64,000 nt of DNA from Bacteroidota bacterium (lineage in GTDB: Bacteria > Bacteroidota > Bacteroidia > Chitinophagales > Chitinophagaceae): assembly GCA_028876495.1 (NCBI GenBank), contig JAGWRO010000090.1:28557-92556 (forward strand), in the 5' to 3' direction. The notes beneath the pieces were generated by a model, which saw nothing but the letters and a program-made list of their open reading frames with translations, was not told where the DNA came from and did no database searches. The translations under genes and the position numbers were made by a program. Shown here piece after piece: positions 38,929 to 49,030 of the stretch. The number at the start of each line of letters is the position of its first letter. Position 1 is the stretch's first letter.

Positions 38929-39606
38929 ATGGCTTTTGATACACAAACTTTTAGAACCCGAACTCTTAGCGCTATTGTTTTTGCCGTAATAATGCTTGCA
39001 GGATTGTTATGGAATAAATGGAGTTTTATCATTCTGTTTACCCTTGTCCATTTTGGTTGCTGGTATGAATTTATTGGTTTGATGAAAAAGATTGATCCTG
39101 TAAATTACAAGCTGAGAAGTTTGCTGGGCTTGTTTTATATTACGCTTCCAATTGTGTTAATAATTTTGATGCGGGTAAATGATTTCAATGATTTAAGCGA
39201 TAACTATTTAAAAGTAATTCCCTGCGGAATTGTTTTTTCAATCTGGATCAACGATACAATGGCTTACATTGTAGGCTCTTTTATTGGCAAAACGCCCTTA
39301 TCTTCCATTTCCCCTAAAAAGACGCGTGAAGGGACTTTTGGAGGAATCATTCTTTGTGTAATGGTAATTACTTTAATTGGTTATTTAACAAGGTTTTATT
39401 TTGTAGCAGATTGGATAGTGATCAGCTTATTTTGTGCTGTTTTCGGAACGCTTGGTGATTTGCTGGAAAGTAAACTGAAACGCCTTGCATCTGTAAAAGA
39501 CAGCGGCAGTCTAATGCCGGGCCATGGAGGTTTTTTAGATCGGTTTGATTCCATGTTGGTGGCTATTCCATTTGTATTTGTTTATTATTCCATATTTATC
39601 CGGTGA
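38929..39606 (+). CDS. cdsA: Phosphatidate cytidylyltransferase
   Basis: DTMAYIVG, SPKKTREG, GDLLESKLKR..VKDSG.LMPGHGGFLDRFDS. Confidence 0.95.
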   Translation: MAFDTQTFRTRTLSAIVFAVIMLAGLLWNKWSFIILFTLVHFGCWYEFIGLMKKIDPVNYKLRSLLGLFYITLPIVLIILMRVNDFNDLSDNYLKVIPCGIVFSIWINDTMAYIVGSFIGKTPLSSISPKKTREGTFGGIILCVMVITLIGYLTRFYFVADWIVISLFCAVFGTLGDLLESKLKRLASVKDSGSLMPGHGGFLDRFDSMLVAIPFVFVYYSIFIR

Positions 39607-39637
39607 ATAAAAAAAGGCCCGTCTCCCCGTCAGTTTT

Positions 39638-39645
39638 TATATTTG
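39638..39645 (+). promoter_or_regulatory. -7 promoter element (TATATTTG) for psd
   Basis: TAnnTTTG match 17 nt upstream of the ATG. Confidence 0.55.
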
Positions 39646-39662
39646 TACTCTAAACGTAGTTA

Positions 39663-40373
39663 ATGAATATTCATAAGGAAGGTTACCGAACCATTGCAAT
39701 TACTGTATTGATCTTCGGAGCCATTAATATTAGTTTCTTCTATTTTTTTAGTGCTGCTATGCCTTTTGTTTCGTGGATGGTGTTTGGTGTAACCCTGATA
39801 ATGCTTTTATTTATCATTTCTTTTTTCAGATCTCCAAAAAGAAATTTTACGGTGGCCCATCACCAGGTAATATGTCCGGCAGATGGAAAAGTAGTAGTGA
39901 TTGAAGAGACGGTTGATCCGGAATATTTCAAAGACAAAAGATTGCAAGTTTCAATTTTTATGAGCCCGGCAAATGTTCACATCAACAGAATCCCCATGTC
40001 GGGAAAAGTAGAATACAGTCAATATCATAAAGGAAAATATTTGGTTGCCTGGAATCCTAAATCATCAACAGAAAATGAACGACATTCGGTAGTAATAAAA
40101 AGCGATAGCGCAGAAATCCTGGTAAAACAAATTGCAGGAGCCATGGCAAAGCGCATCGTAAATTATTTGAAGATAGGAGAAATGGTATCCCAGGGAAATG
40201 AAATGGGTTTTATAAAGTTTGGAAGCCGGGTAGATGTTTTATTACCTGTAGGTACAGCACTAAATGTAAAACTTAACCAGCAGGTAAAAGGTGGCGTTAC
40301 TGTTTTGGCTACTATTGACACTTTAGTTCCTGTTGATGAAACTGAAACACATGGAACTACTTTATTCGGTTAA
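39663..40373 (+). CDS. psd: Phosphatidylserine decarboxylase proenzyme
   Basis: PADGKV, IFMSPANVHINR, ENER, IKFGSRVD self-cleavage site. Confidence 0.95.
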   Translation: MNIHKEGYRTIAITVLIFGAINISFFYFFSAAMPFVSWMVFGVTLIMLLFIISFFRSPKRNFTVAHHQVICPADGKVVVIEETVDPEYFKDKRLQVSIFMSPANVHINRIPMSGKVEYSQYHKGKYLVAWNPKSSTENERHSVVIKSDSAEILVKQIAGAMAKRIVNYLKIGEMVSQGNEMGFIKFGSRVDVLLPVGTALNVKLNQQVKGGVTVLATIDTLVPVDETETHGTTLFG

Positions 40374-40453
40374 ATGATAGTAAAGCAACAAATAATTATC
40401 TTTCCTGTTTTCTTACGTATTGGAATTTAATCAGCAATTGCAGAAGAAACAAA

Positions 40454-41002
40454 ATGCCTATGGCCAAAACAGTACAAACTTTAGTAGAGGGTAAAATCAT
40501 TAACAAAATTTATTTCATTCGTGACTTAAAAGTGATGTTGGATTTTGATTTAGCGGAGTTGTATTCAGTAGAAACCAAACAATTAAAAAGGCAGGTAAGA
40601 AGAAATATAGATCGTTTCCCTGAAGATTTTATGTTTGAATTAACTAAGGAAGAATATGATACTTTAAGGAGCCAATCTGGCACCTTAAAACGTGGCGAAC
40701 ATAGCAAATATTTACCAATGGCTTTTACAGAACAAGTTGTAGCAATGCTTTCAAGCGTTTTGAACAGTAAAATGGCTATCGAAGTAAACATCCAGATAAT
40801 AAGGGTTTTTAGTAAAATGAGGGCAATGATATTAAGCAATCAAGAAATCCTATTAAAGTTGGAACAGGTAGAAAAAAATATGATAAAAAATGATGTAAAA
40901 ATGAAAAAATACGATGAGGATATCCAAGTGATTTTTAAGGTGCTCAAACAATTAGTCAATCCGCCGCAGCTACCACGGAAAAGAATCGGATTTAAACCAT
41001 AA
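40454..41002 (+). CDS. ORF6N domain protein (phage antirepressor-related DNA-binding domain)
   Basis: IR..KVMLDFDLAELYSVETKQLKRQVRRNIDRFPEDFMFELT..PMAFTEQ.VAMLSSVL. Confidence 0.9.
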   Translation: MPMAKTVQTLVEGKIINKIYFIRDLKVMLDFDLAELYSVETKQLKRQVRRNIDRFPEDFMFELTKEEYDTLRSQSGTLKRGEHSKYLPMAFTEQVVAMLSSVLNSKMAIEVNIQIIRVFSKMRAMILSNQEILLKLEQVEKNMIKNDVKMKKYDEDIQVIFKVLKQLVNPPQLPRKRIGFKP

Positions 41003-41034
41003 CCTTATATTTTATAGATATTCAAACCACAATT

Positions 41035-41559
41035 ATGTCCTTCAATTATTTAGAAAGTGTAAAAAAATATTTCCATCAACAGAAGTCACTCGGTGATAAA
41101 ACTATTGAACAACTTGGTGAAGAAAACTTATTTTGGCAATACAATGAAAACAGCAACAGCATTGGAGTTATTGTGCAACATTTGTGGGGAAACATGTTAT
41201 CAAGATGGACTAATTTTCTTACAGAAGATGGCGAAAAGGAGTGGCGCGACCGCGATACCGAATTTGAAACAGTAATTAAAACAAGAGAAGAACTGATTAA
41301 AAAATGGAACGATGGATGGCAGTGTGTTTTTGATACACTGGATTCTTTAAAAGAGGAAGATCTTTCAAAAACCATTTACATAAGAAAAGAACCACACAAT
41401 GTTGGTGATGCGATCAACCGTCAATTGGCACATTATTCCAATCATGTAGGCCAGATCGTATATATCGGGAAAATGGTTAAAAATCAAAATTGGAAATCTT
41501 TGTCAATCCCTAAGGGGAATTCAAAAGAGTTTAACCAAAAAATGATGTCGGGAAAATAA
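41035..41559 (+). CDS. DUF1572 / DinB superfamily protein
   Basis: SNSIGVIVQHLWGNMLSRWTNFLTEDGEKEWRDRDTEF, HYSNHVGQI. Confidence 0.88.
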   Translation: MSFNYLESVKKYFHQQKSLGDKTIEQLGEENLFWQYNENSNSIGVIVQHLWGNMLSRWTNFLTEDGEKEWRDRDTEFETVIKTREELIKKWNDGWQCVFDTLDSLKEEDLSKTIYIRKEPHNVGDAINRQLAHYSNHVGQIVYIGKMVKNQNWKSLSIPKGNSKEFNQKMMSGK

Positions 41560-41577
41560 AATGAGGAATAAAAATTT

Positions 41578-42273
41578 CTATAAAATACTTTCCAGTTCTC
41601 TTAAATGCCGGATGGTATAGGTGGGTTGGGTGATACAATCTTCATTCGTGTGGTTCACAAAAATAGAATCCATTCCTGCATTTTTCGCACCTAAAATATC
41701 AGCTTCCGGATTATCACCAATCATGATGCTTTCTTCTGTTTTGCATTTGGCTTTATTTAAAGCAAATTCAAAAATCTCTTTTTTGGGTTTTACAGAATTA
41801 GAAGTTTCTGAAGTAATGATATGGGTAAAATATTTTGAAAGACCAGCACTGTTTAATTTCAATCGCTGCGTTTTTTCAAATCCATTGGTAATGAGGTGAA
41901 GCGAGTATTTTTTTTCAGTAAGATATTCAAGGATTTCGTAGGTGTAATCAAAAACTCTTTTTTTGGTAGGAAGAATTTCCAGGAAATATTCGCTCATATC
42001 TTTTGCGAGTTTTTCATCAGCAATATGAAAATCAAGTAAGGTGCGCCACATTCTCCGCCACTTCAGTTCTTCAACGGTAATATATCCTTTTTCGTACCTG
42101 CTCCAGAGAATTTTATTGTGATTAAGATAGATATTGTAAAACTGGTTAAATGACCCAATAGCTCTTGATTCCAAATTAAAAAAACCATATAATTCTGTAA
42201 GCGATTCTTCAGCGTTGGCATTAAAATCCCAAAGCGTATGATCAAGGTCGAAAAAAAGATGTTTGTATTTCAA
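41578..42273 (-). CDS. yjjG: HAD-family nucleotidase, YjjG-like
   Basis: FFDLDHTLWDF, ITNGF, KP, MIGDNPEADI. Confidence 0.85.
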   Translation of the reverse strand: MKYKHLFFDLDHTLWDFNANAEESLTELYGFFNLESRAIGSFNQFYNIYLNHNKILWSRYEKGYITVEELKWRRMWRTLLDFHIADEKLAKDMSEYFLEILPTKKRVFDYTYEILEYLTEKKYSLHLITNGFEKTQRLKLNSAGLSKYFTHIITSETSNSVKPKKEIFEFALNKAKCKTEESIMIGDNPEADILGAKNAGMDSIFVNHTNEDCITQPTYTIRHLRELESIL

Positions 42274-42341
42274 ATAGGTATATTTAAAAAAGTCGACTTA
42301 AGATTTTAGATTTGCTTAATACCTTAAAACGAAATAAAAAG

Positions 42342-43043
42342 ATGAATATTGTAATTACAGGTGCCAGCAAAGGTATGGGAAAAGCAATGGCTGAAAAATT
42401 TGCCGCTGCGAAAAATAACATTTTCATTTGCTCAAGAAACGAGCAAAAACTGGCTGAAACGGCTTCGGAACTGAACCAAAGATGCAATAGCAATATTCAA
42501 TATTTTGCCGCAGATCTTTCTCAAAAGGAGGAGGTTTTAAAATTTGCAAACTGGCTTTTAGGTAAAAATATGGACATTGATATCTTGATCAATAATGCGG
42601 GGCAGTTTGTGCAGGGAAGTGTTTACAATGAAACGGAAGGTAATCTTGAACAAATGATTGATATTAATTTGTATAGCGCCTACCATTTAACAAGGGCACT
42701 GCTTCCGAAAATGATAAAAAATAAATCGGGCCATATATTTAATATGTGTTCTATTGCTGCTTTAAAAGCTTATAATAACGGGGGTTCTTACAGTATCAGC
42801 AAATTCGCTTTAATGGGTTTTAGTAAAAATTTGCGTGAAGAAATGAAGCCTTTTAATATAAAGGTAACGGCAGTTTTTCCCGGGGCTGTCTATACCTCTT
42901 CGTGGGAAGGCGCCGGCATAAAGCCTGAAAGAATTATGGAGGTAGAGGATATTGCCAATATGGTTTTAGCAGCTTCGCTTCTTTCACCGCAGGCTTGTGT
43001 GGAAGATATCGTGATTCGCCCGTTGTTAGGCGATCTTCCTTAA
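42342..43043 (+). CDS. Short-chain dehydrogenase/reductase (SDR)
   Basis: ITGASKGMG, INNAG, YSISK (YxxxK). A -7 box TAGATTTG at 42307-42314 supports ATG 42342. Confidence 0.92.
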   Translation: MNIVITGASKGMGKAMAEKFAAAKNNIFICSRNEQKLAETASELNQRCNSNIQYFAADLSQKEEVLKFANWLLGKNMDIDILINNAGQFVQGSVYNETEGNLEQMIDINLYSAYHLTRALLPKMIKNKSGHIFNMCSIAALKAYNNGGSYSISKFALMGFSKNLREEMKPFNIKVTAVFPGAVYTSSWEGAGIKPERIMEVEDIANMVLAASLLSPQACVEDIVIRPLLGDLP

Positions 43044-43127
43044 TAGATTTTTAACACGAACTCATTCTATTAACCTTTTTTTAAATTCCTTTCCAACTAC
43101 TTTTGTAGCTCATCCTTTGCTGAAGAA

Positions 43128-45059
43128 ATGATAACATTTTTACAATCCGGCTTTAAAAAATTTTTCTTCCTCTTTCTATTTCTTACAGCGGTTTTCGTTG
43201 CAAAAACCTCCTATGCGCAGGTGAAATTTTCTGTGGTTTGTCCTCAAAAAAAGATTGGAAAGAAAGATTTATTGCAAATTCAGTTTAAGGTAGAAAATGC
43301 TTCTTCGGTCGATGAAATTAATCCTCCTTCTTTTAATAATTTTACAGTTGTTTCTGGTCCAAACCAGGAACAAAGTACTTCAAATATAAATGGGAAAGTA
43401 AGCGGGTATGTTTCGCTCGGCTATTCACTGGCGCCCACTTCAACCGGAACATTTACTATTGGTCCGGCAACTGCTGAAGCCGATGGTAAACAACTGAAAA
43501 CAGATCCCGTTACCATCACGGTAGTAAATGGATCACTGGCACAATCTCAGCCAAATACTTCCCAACAAAATTTGCCTCCATTCCCTAACCTTAATTTTGA
43601 TTTCCCGCCTGAACCTGTAACTCATCAGTTTGATGATTATATTTTAAAGCCCGGCGAAAATGTAGCAGAAAAAACGGCAAAAAATCTTTTTATAAAACTG
43701 GATGTTAATAAAAAGAGTTGCTATGTTGGCGAACCTATTGTAGCTACCTACGAACTTTATACAAGGCTTCCGTCAGAAACTACCATAACAGATGCACCTT
43801 CTTTTAACGGGTTTTCTGTAAATGATCTGGACATCAACAGTAATTCAGCACTCGAAAACTATAATGGGCGTAAGTACAACGTATATACTATCCGTAAAGT
43901 TGAATTATATCCTTTGCAGGCCGGAAATATTACATTGGGTTCAATGACAGCGTCCAACAAGATAACTTTTGTAAAATCTCAATATTTAAACAAGCAGGAT
44001 AATAGTGGCTTTTTTGATATGTTTCAGAATTTTGGGAGTGACGCGATTCCGCCTGGAGGTATTGTTGAGAAAAATGTTATTTTAAAATCCACTCCAGAAG
44101 TAATCACAATTAAACCACTGCCAACTGAAAATAAACCTCAGGGTTTCCGTGGTGCTGTTGGAGATTTTTCTATCTCCGCTTCTTTGGAAAAAAATAACAT
44201 TACTACAGATGATGCAGGAACTTTAAAACTTACTATAACCGGAAAAGGAAATATTCAATTAATCAACGCGCCTTCTATAAACTGGCCAAACGGAATAGAT
44301 GGCTATGACGCAAAAATAACCGATAATGTAGACAGAAAACAGGTGCCTATGCAGGGAAGTAAAACGTTTTCTTATCCTTTTACTGTTTCAAAACCAGGCA
44401 CTTTTACAATTGATTCCATCGCATTTTCTTATTTTGATCCTTCTTCGTCTACCTATAAAATTTTAAGAACAGCATCGTTGCAGGTGAATGTAAAAAAAGG
44501 GAAAGGCATTTCTCAAAATTCAGTAACAAGTTCGCCAAACGCTTCAAAAAAAGGTGGTTTTTTCTCAAACAGGACTGAGTTAATAACCGGAATTATATTG
44601 GTTGCCGGAATTCTTTTAGCGATCCTTTTTGTTTTGATGAAAAGAAATAAAGATAAAAATGACCTGGAAAAAGATATAAAAGTAGATGATCTGAAGAATG
44701 AAGCTGAAACGAATGCCGCTAAAAAAGAAAAATTCGTAATTCCTGAAAATCCTTTAACTGCAGCGCATGAAAAACTTATGACCCAAGATAGTGCGGGGTT
44801 TTATCATACTTTAGACGCCTCTCTAAAAAAATACCTGGCGACTAAATTAAAAGTGCCTGCCAATGAATTATCTAAAAAAAGGCTGAATGAAGAATTGGAT
44901 AAATGCAATGTAAGCCTTGGTACATCGCTAATGCTTACTTCTTTGATGGATGATGTGGAACTTAATTTATATGCGCCACCTTCAAATGTAAATCAGCTTA
45001 ACAGTGTTTTTGAAAAAGCTTCTGAAGTGGTGTCTTTACTGGACAAGCAGGTTTGTTAA
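43128..45059 (+). CDS. batD: BatD family protein
   Basis: Signal peptide, F..VSGPNQ..STSNING, K..CYVGEPIVATYELY, GAVGDFSI, C-terminal TM. A -7 box TACTTTTG lies at 43098-43105. Confidence 0.8.
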   Translation: MITFLQSGFKKFFFLFLFLTAVFVAKTSYAQVKFSVVCPQKKIGKKDLLQIQFKVENASSVDEINPPSFNNFTVVSGPNQEQSTSNINGKVSGYVSLGYSLAPTSTGTFTIGPATAEADGKQLKTDPVTITVVNGSLAQSQPNTSQQNLPPFPNLNFDFPPEPVTHQFDDYILKPGENVAEKTAKNLFIKLDVNKKSCYVGEPIVATYELYTRLPSETTITDAPSFNGFSVNDLDINSNSALENYNGRKYNVYTIRKVELYPLQAGNITLGSMTASNKITFVKSQYLNKQDNSGFFDMFQNFGSDAIPPGGIVEKNVILKSTPEVITIKPLPTENKPQGFRGAVGDFSISASLEKNNITTDDAGTLKLTITGKGNIQLINAPSINWPNGIDGYDAKITDNVDRKQVPMQGSKTFSYPFTVSKPGTFTIDSIAFSYFDPSSSTYKILRTASLQVNVKKGKGISQNSVTSSPNASKKGGFFSNRTELITGIILVAGILLAILFVLMKRNKDKNDLEKDIKVDDLKNEAETNAAKKEKFVIPENPLTAAHEKLMTQDSAGFYHTLDASLKKYLATKLKVPANELSKKRLNEELDKCNVSLGTSLMLTSLMDDVELNLYAPPSNVNQLNSVFEKASEVVSLLDKQVC

Positions 45060-45142
45060 AGTGAATTTGCTGAAAAATTCTATCTACAGTAAAAGAACAA
45101 AAATTGAAGAATTTTATTTGGATGCACCTGCAAAAAGAGGAG

Positions 45143-45853
45143 CTAATTTTCATTCGTAAACTTATAACCTATTCCTCTTACAGAATGAAAGTATTTTGGA
45201 TTACGGCTATCTTCCTCAAAATATTTTCTGAAGTTTAAAATGAAATTATCTACCGTGCGTGTTGTTGGATAAACGTTGTATCCCCAAACTGATTGTAAAA
45301 TTTTTTCTCGCGTTACTACTTCATTTTTATTTTCGATCAGGAGTTTTAAAAGCATCGCTTCTTTTTTAGTCAATGCTACCAATTCTCCTGATTTGGTGGT
45401 GCATTCGAGCGATTTAAAATTGATCAGATTTTTGCCGAAAGTAAATTGTTCTGTCACCGGCTCTTTAGCTGAGATCTTCTGGCTTTTATTGATTAAAATC
45501 CTTACTCTTAATAAGAGTTCTTCCAGGCTGAAAGGCTTGGTTAAGTAATCGTCTGCTCCTTTTTTTAATCCTAAAATTCGGTCTTTACTTTGGCTTTTTG
45601 CGCTCAGCATCAAAATAGGAATTTCGGTATTGCTCAATCTTATATTTTCGCAAACCGCTATTCCATCTATCTCCGGTAGCATTACATCCAATACGATGAG
45701 ATCAAAATATTCATTTTGAATTGCTTTGAGTGCTTCTTCCCCATCATAAGCTGAAGTAACTTCATAGCCTTCCATTTCAAAATTTAATTTCAATGCATCC
45801 TGCAAATTTTCTTCATCTTCTACTAATAAGATTGAAAGTTTTTTTCCTTGCAT
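45143..45853 (-). CDS. OmpR-family response regulator
   Basis: LLVEDE, LDVMLP, LSAK, DDYLTKPF, winged helix RTVDNFI..RK..E, SVRGIGYKF. Confidence 0.95.
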   Translation of the reverse strand: MQGKKLSILLVEDEENLQDALKLNFEMEGYEVTSAYDGEEALKAIQNEYFDLIVLDVMLPEIDGIAVCENIRLSNTEIPILMLSAKSQSKDRILGLKKGADDYLTKPFSLEELLLRVRILINKSQKISAKEPVTEQFTFGKNLINFKSLECTTKSGELVALTKKEAMLLKLLIENKNEVVTREKILQSVWGYNVYPTTRTVDNFILNFRKYFEEDSRNPKYFHSVRGIGYKFTNEN

Positions 45854-45868
45854 AAGATTAGTTTATGG

Positions 45869-46864
45869 TTATATATTTTTTGAACTTCTTATCTGTATTT
45901 CAAATATACTTCCACGAGGTTTATTATTTTTCATACTGATACTTCCACGATGTTGTTTTACAATTTCTCTTGTAAGATAAAGTCCCAAACCGGTTCCTTT
46001 TGTTTGTTTGCTGGCACCACGAAAATATTTTTCGAAAATCCTTTCTTTCTCAGCAGGCTCTACTCCACTTCCCTGGTCAATTACCTGGAGTTTTATCTTT
46101 TTGGGTTCTTTAAATACTTTTATCAAAACTACATCCTCTTTTCCTGAATATTTGATAGCATTATCTAAAAGATTGTTAATGGCGAGTTGCAACAAAAGCT
46201 TGTCTCCGGTGAAAATTATGTCATTTTCCACGTCTATCTCAATTTTCCTTTCGGGAAAACGCAGAATAAAATCTTCAGCGCAATCAATTGCCAGCGTAGA
46301 AAGATCAATCTTTTCATTAGTAAGAGAAGAACCCTCGGAATCAAGTTGACTCATGAAAAGCATATTGTTACATAATGTATTTAGCCGGTTTGCCTCCTGG
46401 ATAGTACTTCGTATAAGTTTTTGCTGTTGCCCAAATTCAAGTTTACGTATTTGCATCGTTTCAAGGTTGAGCTTTGTAACAGCAATAGGGGTTTTCAATT
46501 CATGACTAATTGCCATCATAAAGTTTTTTTGTTGCTCTGATTGCACCAGTTGTCTTTTGATTATCCTAAAAACATATACCGCTCCGGCTATAATCATTAA
46601 TAAAAAAGTCACTCCTTCGCCGATGTATTGAGCGGTTTTTCTTTTTTCCTCATTTTCAATTCTATTTATTTTTTGTATATAGTAAGTATCATGTACATTA
46701 ACAGCGTTAAGTCTTAATTGAGTGAGTTCTTTGTTCTGTTCGTTAAGATCAATGAACCAAAAAATGAGCGCAGCTAAAATATAAGCAAGTAAAAACCAAT
46801 AGAAGATAAAGATGATTCGAAGTGGCCTTACTTTATATTTATTTTTTAGAATTAAATAAGGCAT
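45869..46864 (-). CDS. Membrane sensor histidine kinase
   Basis: Two TMs, ISHELKTP H-box, NLLDNAIKYS, DQGSG, GTGLGL. Confidence 0.95.
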   Translation of the reverse strand: MPYLILKNKYKVRPLRIIFIFYWFLLAYILAALIFWFIDLNEQNKELTQLRLNAVNVHDTYYIQKINRIENEEKRKTAQYIGEGVTFLLMIIAGAVYVFRIIKRQLVQSEQQKNFMMAISHELKTPIAVTKLNLETMQIRKLEFGQQQKLIRSTIQEANRLNTLCNNMLFMSQLDSEGSSLTNEKIDLSTLAIDCAEDFILRFPERKIEIDVENDIIFTGDKLLLQLAINNLLDNAIKYSGKEDVVLIKVFKEPKKIKLQVIDQGSGVEPAEKERIFEKYFRGASKQTKGTGLGLYLTREIVKQHRGSISMKNNKPRGSIFEIQIRSSKNI

Positions 46865-46907
46865 TTTTTAAGTTTTGAAAATATAAATAAGCAGAAAATT
46901 AAAGTTA

Positions 46908-47372
46908 CTACCTTACTTTTTCAACTCTCAGCCCCACATTTAAAATATTTTTCAACGGATTTTCCCGCATTATTTGCGCTATAGAAAATGTATAATCACC
47001 TACAGTTTTAAAAGAAAACGGCGCGGCTGAAATACTTTTTCTTACTTCATATATATCGTCCATTCCTGTTCCATCCCATCCTTTTGAATCTGACGCAAGT
47101 ACCAGGTTTACCTTTTGATAATTAAAAGAATCTGCCGGCGTTTTTAGGCCAACTTTTAACCAGATATTATTGAATTTGTAAAGATCAGTGTGACGTAAAA
47201 TGACATACACGTTATAGAGCGAAGTGGTATCGTCAATATGAAAGGTGAACTGTGGTACATCTGTATAATACCATTTCTGTGAAGGTATTGTGGTTTGTTT
47301 TTCGTAATGATCAATTTTGATACAGGATGCAAAAATTAAGGAGACTAATGATATTACAAAGAATTTTTTCAA
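46908..47372 (-). CDS. gldH: Gliding motility lipoprotein GldH
   Basis: Lipobox FASC, LRHT..Y.FNNIWL, GWDGTGMDDI, QIMRENPL..ILNVGLRVE. TTG start, with a -7 box TATTTTTG at 47386-47393. Confidence 0.85.
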   Translation of the reverse strand: MKKFFVISLVSLIFASCIKIDHYEKQTTIPSQKWYYTDVPQFTFHIDDTTSLYNVYVILRHTDLYKFNNIWLKVGLKTPADSFNYQKVNLVLASDSKGWDGTGMDDIYEVRKSISAAPFSFKTVGDYTFSIAQIMRENPLKNILNVGLRVEKVR

Positions 47373-47423
47373 ATTGATTTTTTTACAAAAATAGATTGTT
47401 TTGACCGTCGTTTAAAAGCATGG

Positions 47424-48299
47424 TTAAAGAATATTGAAAGTTTGTTCTTTCATTTTTTCCAATTCATCCTTCATAAGTACCACACATCTTTGTATTTCTG
47501 AATCATAAGCTTTTGATCCGGTTGTATTGATTTCCCTGCCTATTTCCTGAACAACAAATGCCAGTTTTTTTCCTTTGGCATCTTCTTCACTATCAAGGAT
47601 TGATATAAAATATTCGCAATGATTTTTTAAACGTACCTGTTCTTCCCTGATATCTATTTTTTCAATGTAATAAATTAGTTCCTGCTCCAGCCTGTTTGAA
47701 TCATAATTTTCTTTACCTACATTTTCTTCAAGAACTGCTATCAGTTCGTTTTTCATTTTTTTTCTTCTCTTCGGTTCCAGCTCCAGAATTTTATCTTCCT
47801 GGATTTTGATATTTTTTATCCTCAGGCGCAATTCTTTTTCCAAAGATTTCCCTTCTTCTATCCGATGTGTGTTTAGCTCAAGCAAAGCAGTTTCAATTAC
47901 TCCTTTTAAATTTTTCCAGTCCGATTCATCCAGCACTTCGTTACTTGGTGTTACTACTTCCGGTAATCTTAACAACGCCGCTAAAACCGAATTGGTGTCA
48001 ATTGATAATTCTGTTGCTAGGGTTTCTATTTGGCTGTAGTAAGCTTTTATAAGATCGGTATTTATAACAACCGGTTTGGCGGCGCCGTTTTGTTTAACTA
48101 CTATCAGGCATTCAACCGTTCCTCGTAATAAACTTTCCTGCACCAAACTCCTGATGTCGAACTCGTAGGGTTTTATGAGCGGTGGAATTTTTAGATTTAT
48201 ATCAAATTGCTTTCCATTCAATGATTTTATTTCTACCAGGTACGTTTTATCTCCTATTGTTTGTTCTGCTCTTCCAAAGCCAGTCATTGATTTTACCAT
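47424..48299 (-). CDS. yicC: YicC/YloC family endoribonuclease
   Basis: KSMTGFGRA, EIKSLNGK, EE.VRL..H, GKKL.FVVQEIGREINTTGSKA, LEKMKEQ..NI. Confidence 0.93.
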   Translation of the reverse strand: MVKSMTGFGRAEQTIGDKTYLVEIKSLNGKQFDINLKIPPLIKPYEFDIRSLVQESLLRGTVECLIVVKQNGAAKPVVINTDLIKAYYSQIETLATELSIDTNSVLAALLRLPEVVTPSNEVLDESDWKNLKGVIETALLELNTHRIEEGKSLEKELRLRIKNIKIQEDKILELEPKRRKKMKNELIAVLEENVGKENYDSNRLEQELIYYIEKIDIREEQVRLKNHCEYFISILDSEEDAKGKKLAFVVQEIGREINTTGSKAYDSEIQRCVVLMKDELEKMKEQTFNIL

Positions 48300-48898
48300 C
48301 TTAATTTATCTTTTTTTATTTTAAGCAAGTTATACAATTCTTGTTTAGGTAGTTTTTTCATTTCTCCGGGATACAAATTTTCTAAAGTGACCTGTTCAAT
48401 TCTGTAGCGAATCAGTCTTAATGTAGGACAACCAACTGCGGCTGTCATTTTTCTGACCTGCCTGTTTTTACCTTCTGTTAAAATTATTTTTATCCAGCTA
48501 TCAGGAACCGATTTTCTAAAACGGATCGGTGGATTTCTTGTACTTACCTGCGGAGGTTGTAAAAACTTTTTTGCAATACATTTTTTAGTACAATACATTT
48601 TTCCGTTAACATTTATTTCAACACCTTGTTGTAAAGAATCAATTTGATCTGTTGACACGTTACCTTCTACCTGTACCCAATATTCTCTTTCATGATTGTT
48701 TAACGGATCCAATAAATAATGATTTAATTTTTTATCGTCTGTTAAGATAAGCAAGCCTTCGCTATCATAGTCCAAACGCCCTACCGGATAGATATTCAGA
48801 GGAACGTCAAAAAAATCCTTTAGCGTTTTTTTACCATCGGTGGAAGAAAATTGCGAAAGAACATTAAAGGGTTTATGAATGATATAATAGTTATTCAA
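48293..48898 (-). CDS. RsuA-family rRNA pseudouridine synthase (RluE-like)
   Basis: HKPFNVLSQF, YPVGRLDYDSEGLLILT (catalytic Asp), EGKNRQVRKMTAAVGCPTLRLIR. TTG start. Confidence 0.9.
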   Translation of the reverse strand: MNNYYIIHKPFNVLSQFSSTDGKKTLKDFFDVPLNIYPVGRLDYDSEGLLILTDDKKLNHYLLDPLNNHEREYWVQVEGNVSTDQIDSLQQGVEINVNGKMYCTKKCIAKKFLQPPQVSTRNPPIRFRKSVPDSWIKIILTEGKNRQVRKMTAAVGCPTLRLIRYRIEQVTLENLYPGEMKKLPKQELYNLLKIKKDKLRW

Positions 48899-48949
48899 AA
48901 GAAAACATTTTTAAAAAAATTACAGCCAAATTGTAAAAATAAAAGTGGC

Positions 48950-48988
48950 AAAAAATAATAAAGCCCGACAAGAAAATGAACGGGCTTT
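48950..48988 (-). terminator. Intrinsic terminator hairpin
   Basis: Perfect 8-bp stem AAAGCCCG (48960-48967) / CGGGCTTT (48981-48988), followed on the minus strand by a U-rich tail. Confidence 0.75.
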
Positions 48989-49030
48989 GTTATATTGATG
49001 GGTTAGTAAGTACAGGAAATAAATTTCCTT
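48950..49030 (-). ncRNA. Candidate standalone small RNA (about 80 nt)
   Basis: TTTC-N20-TAATATTG promoter-like motif, 5' hairpin AGGAAA/TTTCCT, single-stranded ACTTACTAACCCATCAAT, then the terminator. No upstream minus-strand gene needs this terminator. Confidence 0.5.
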
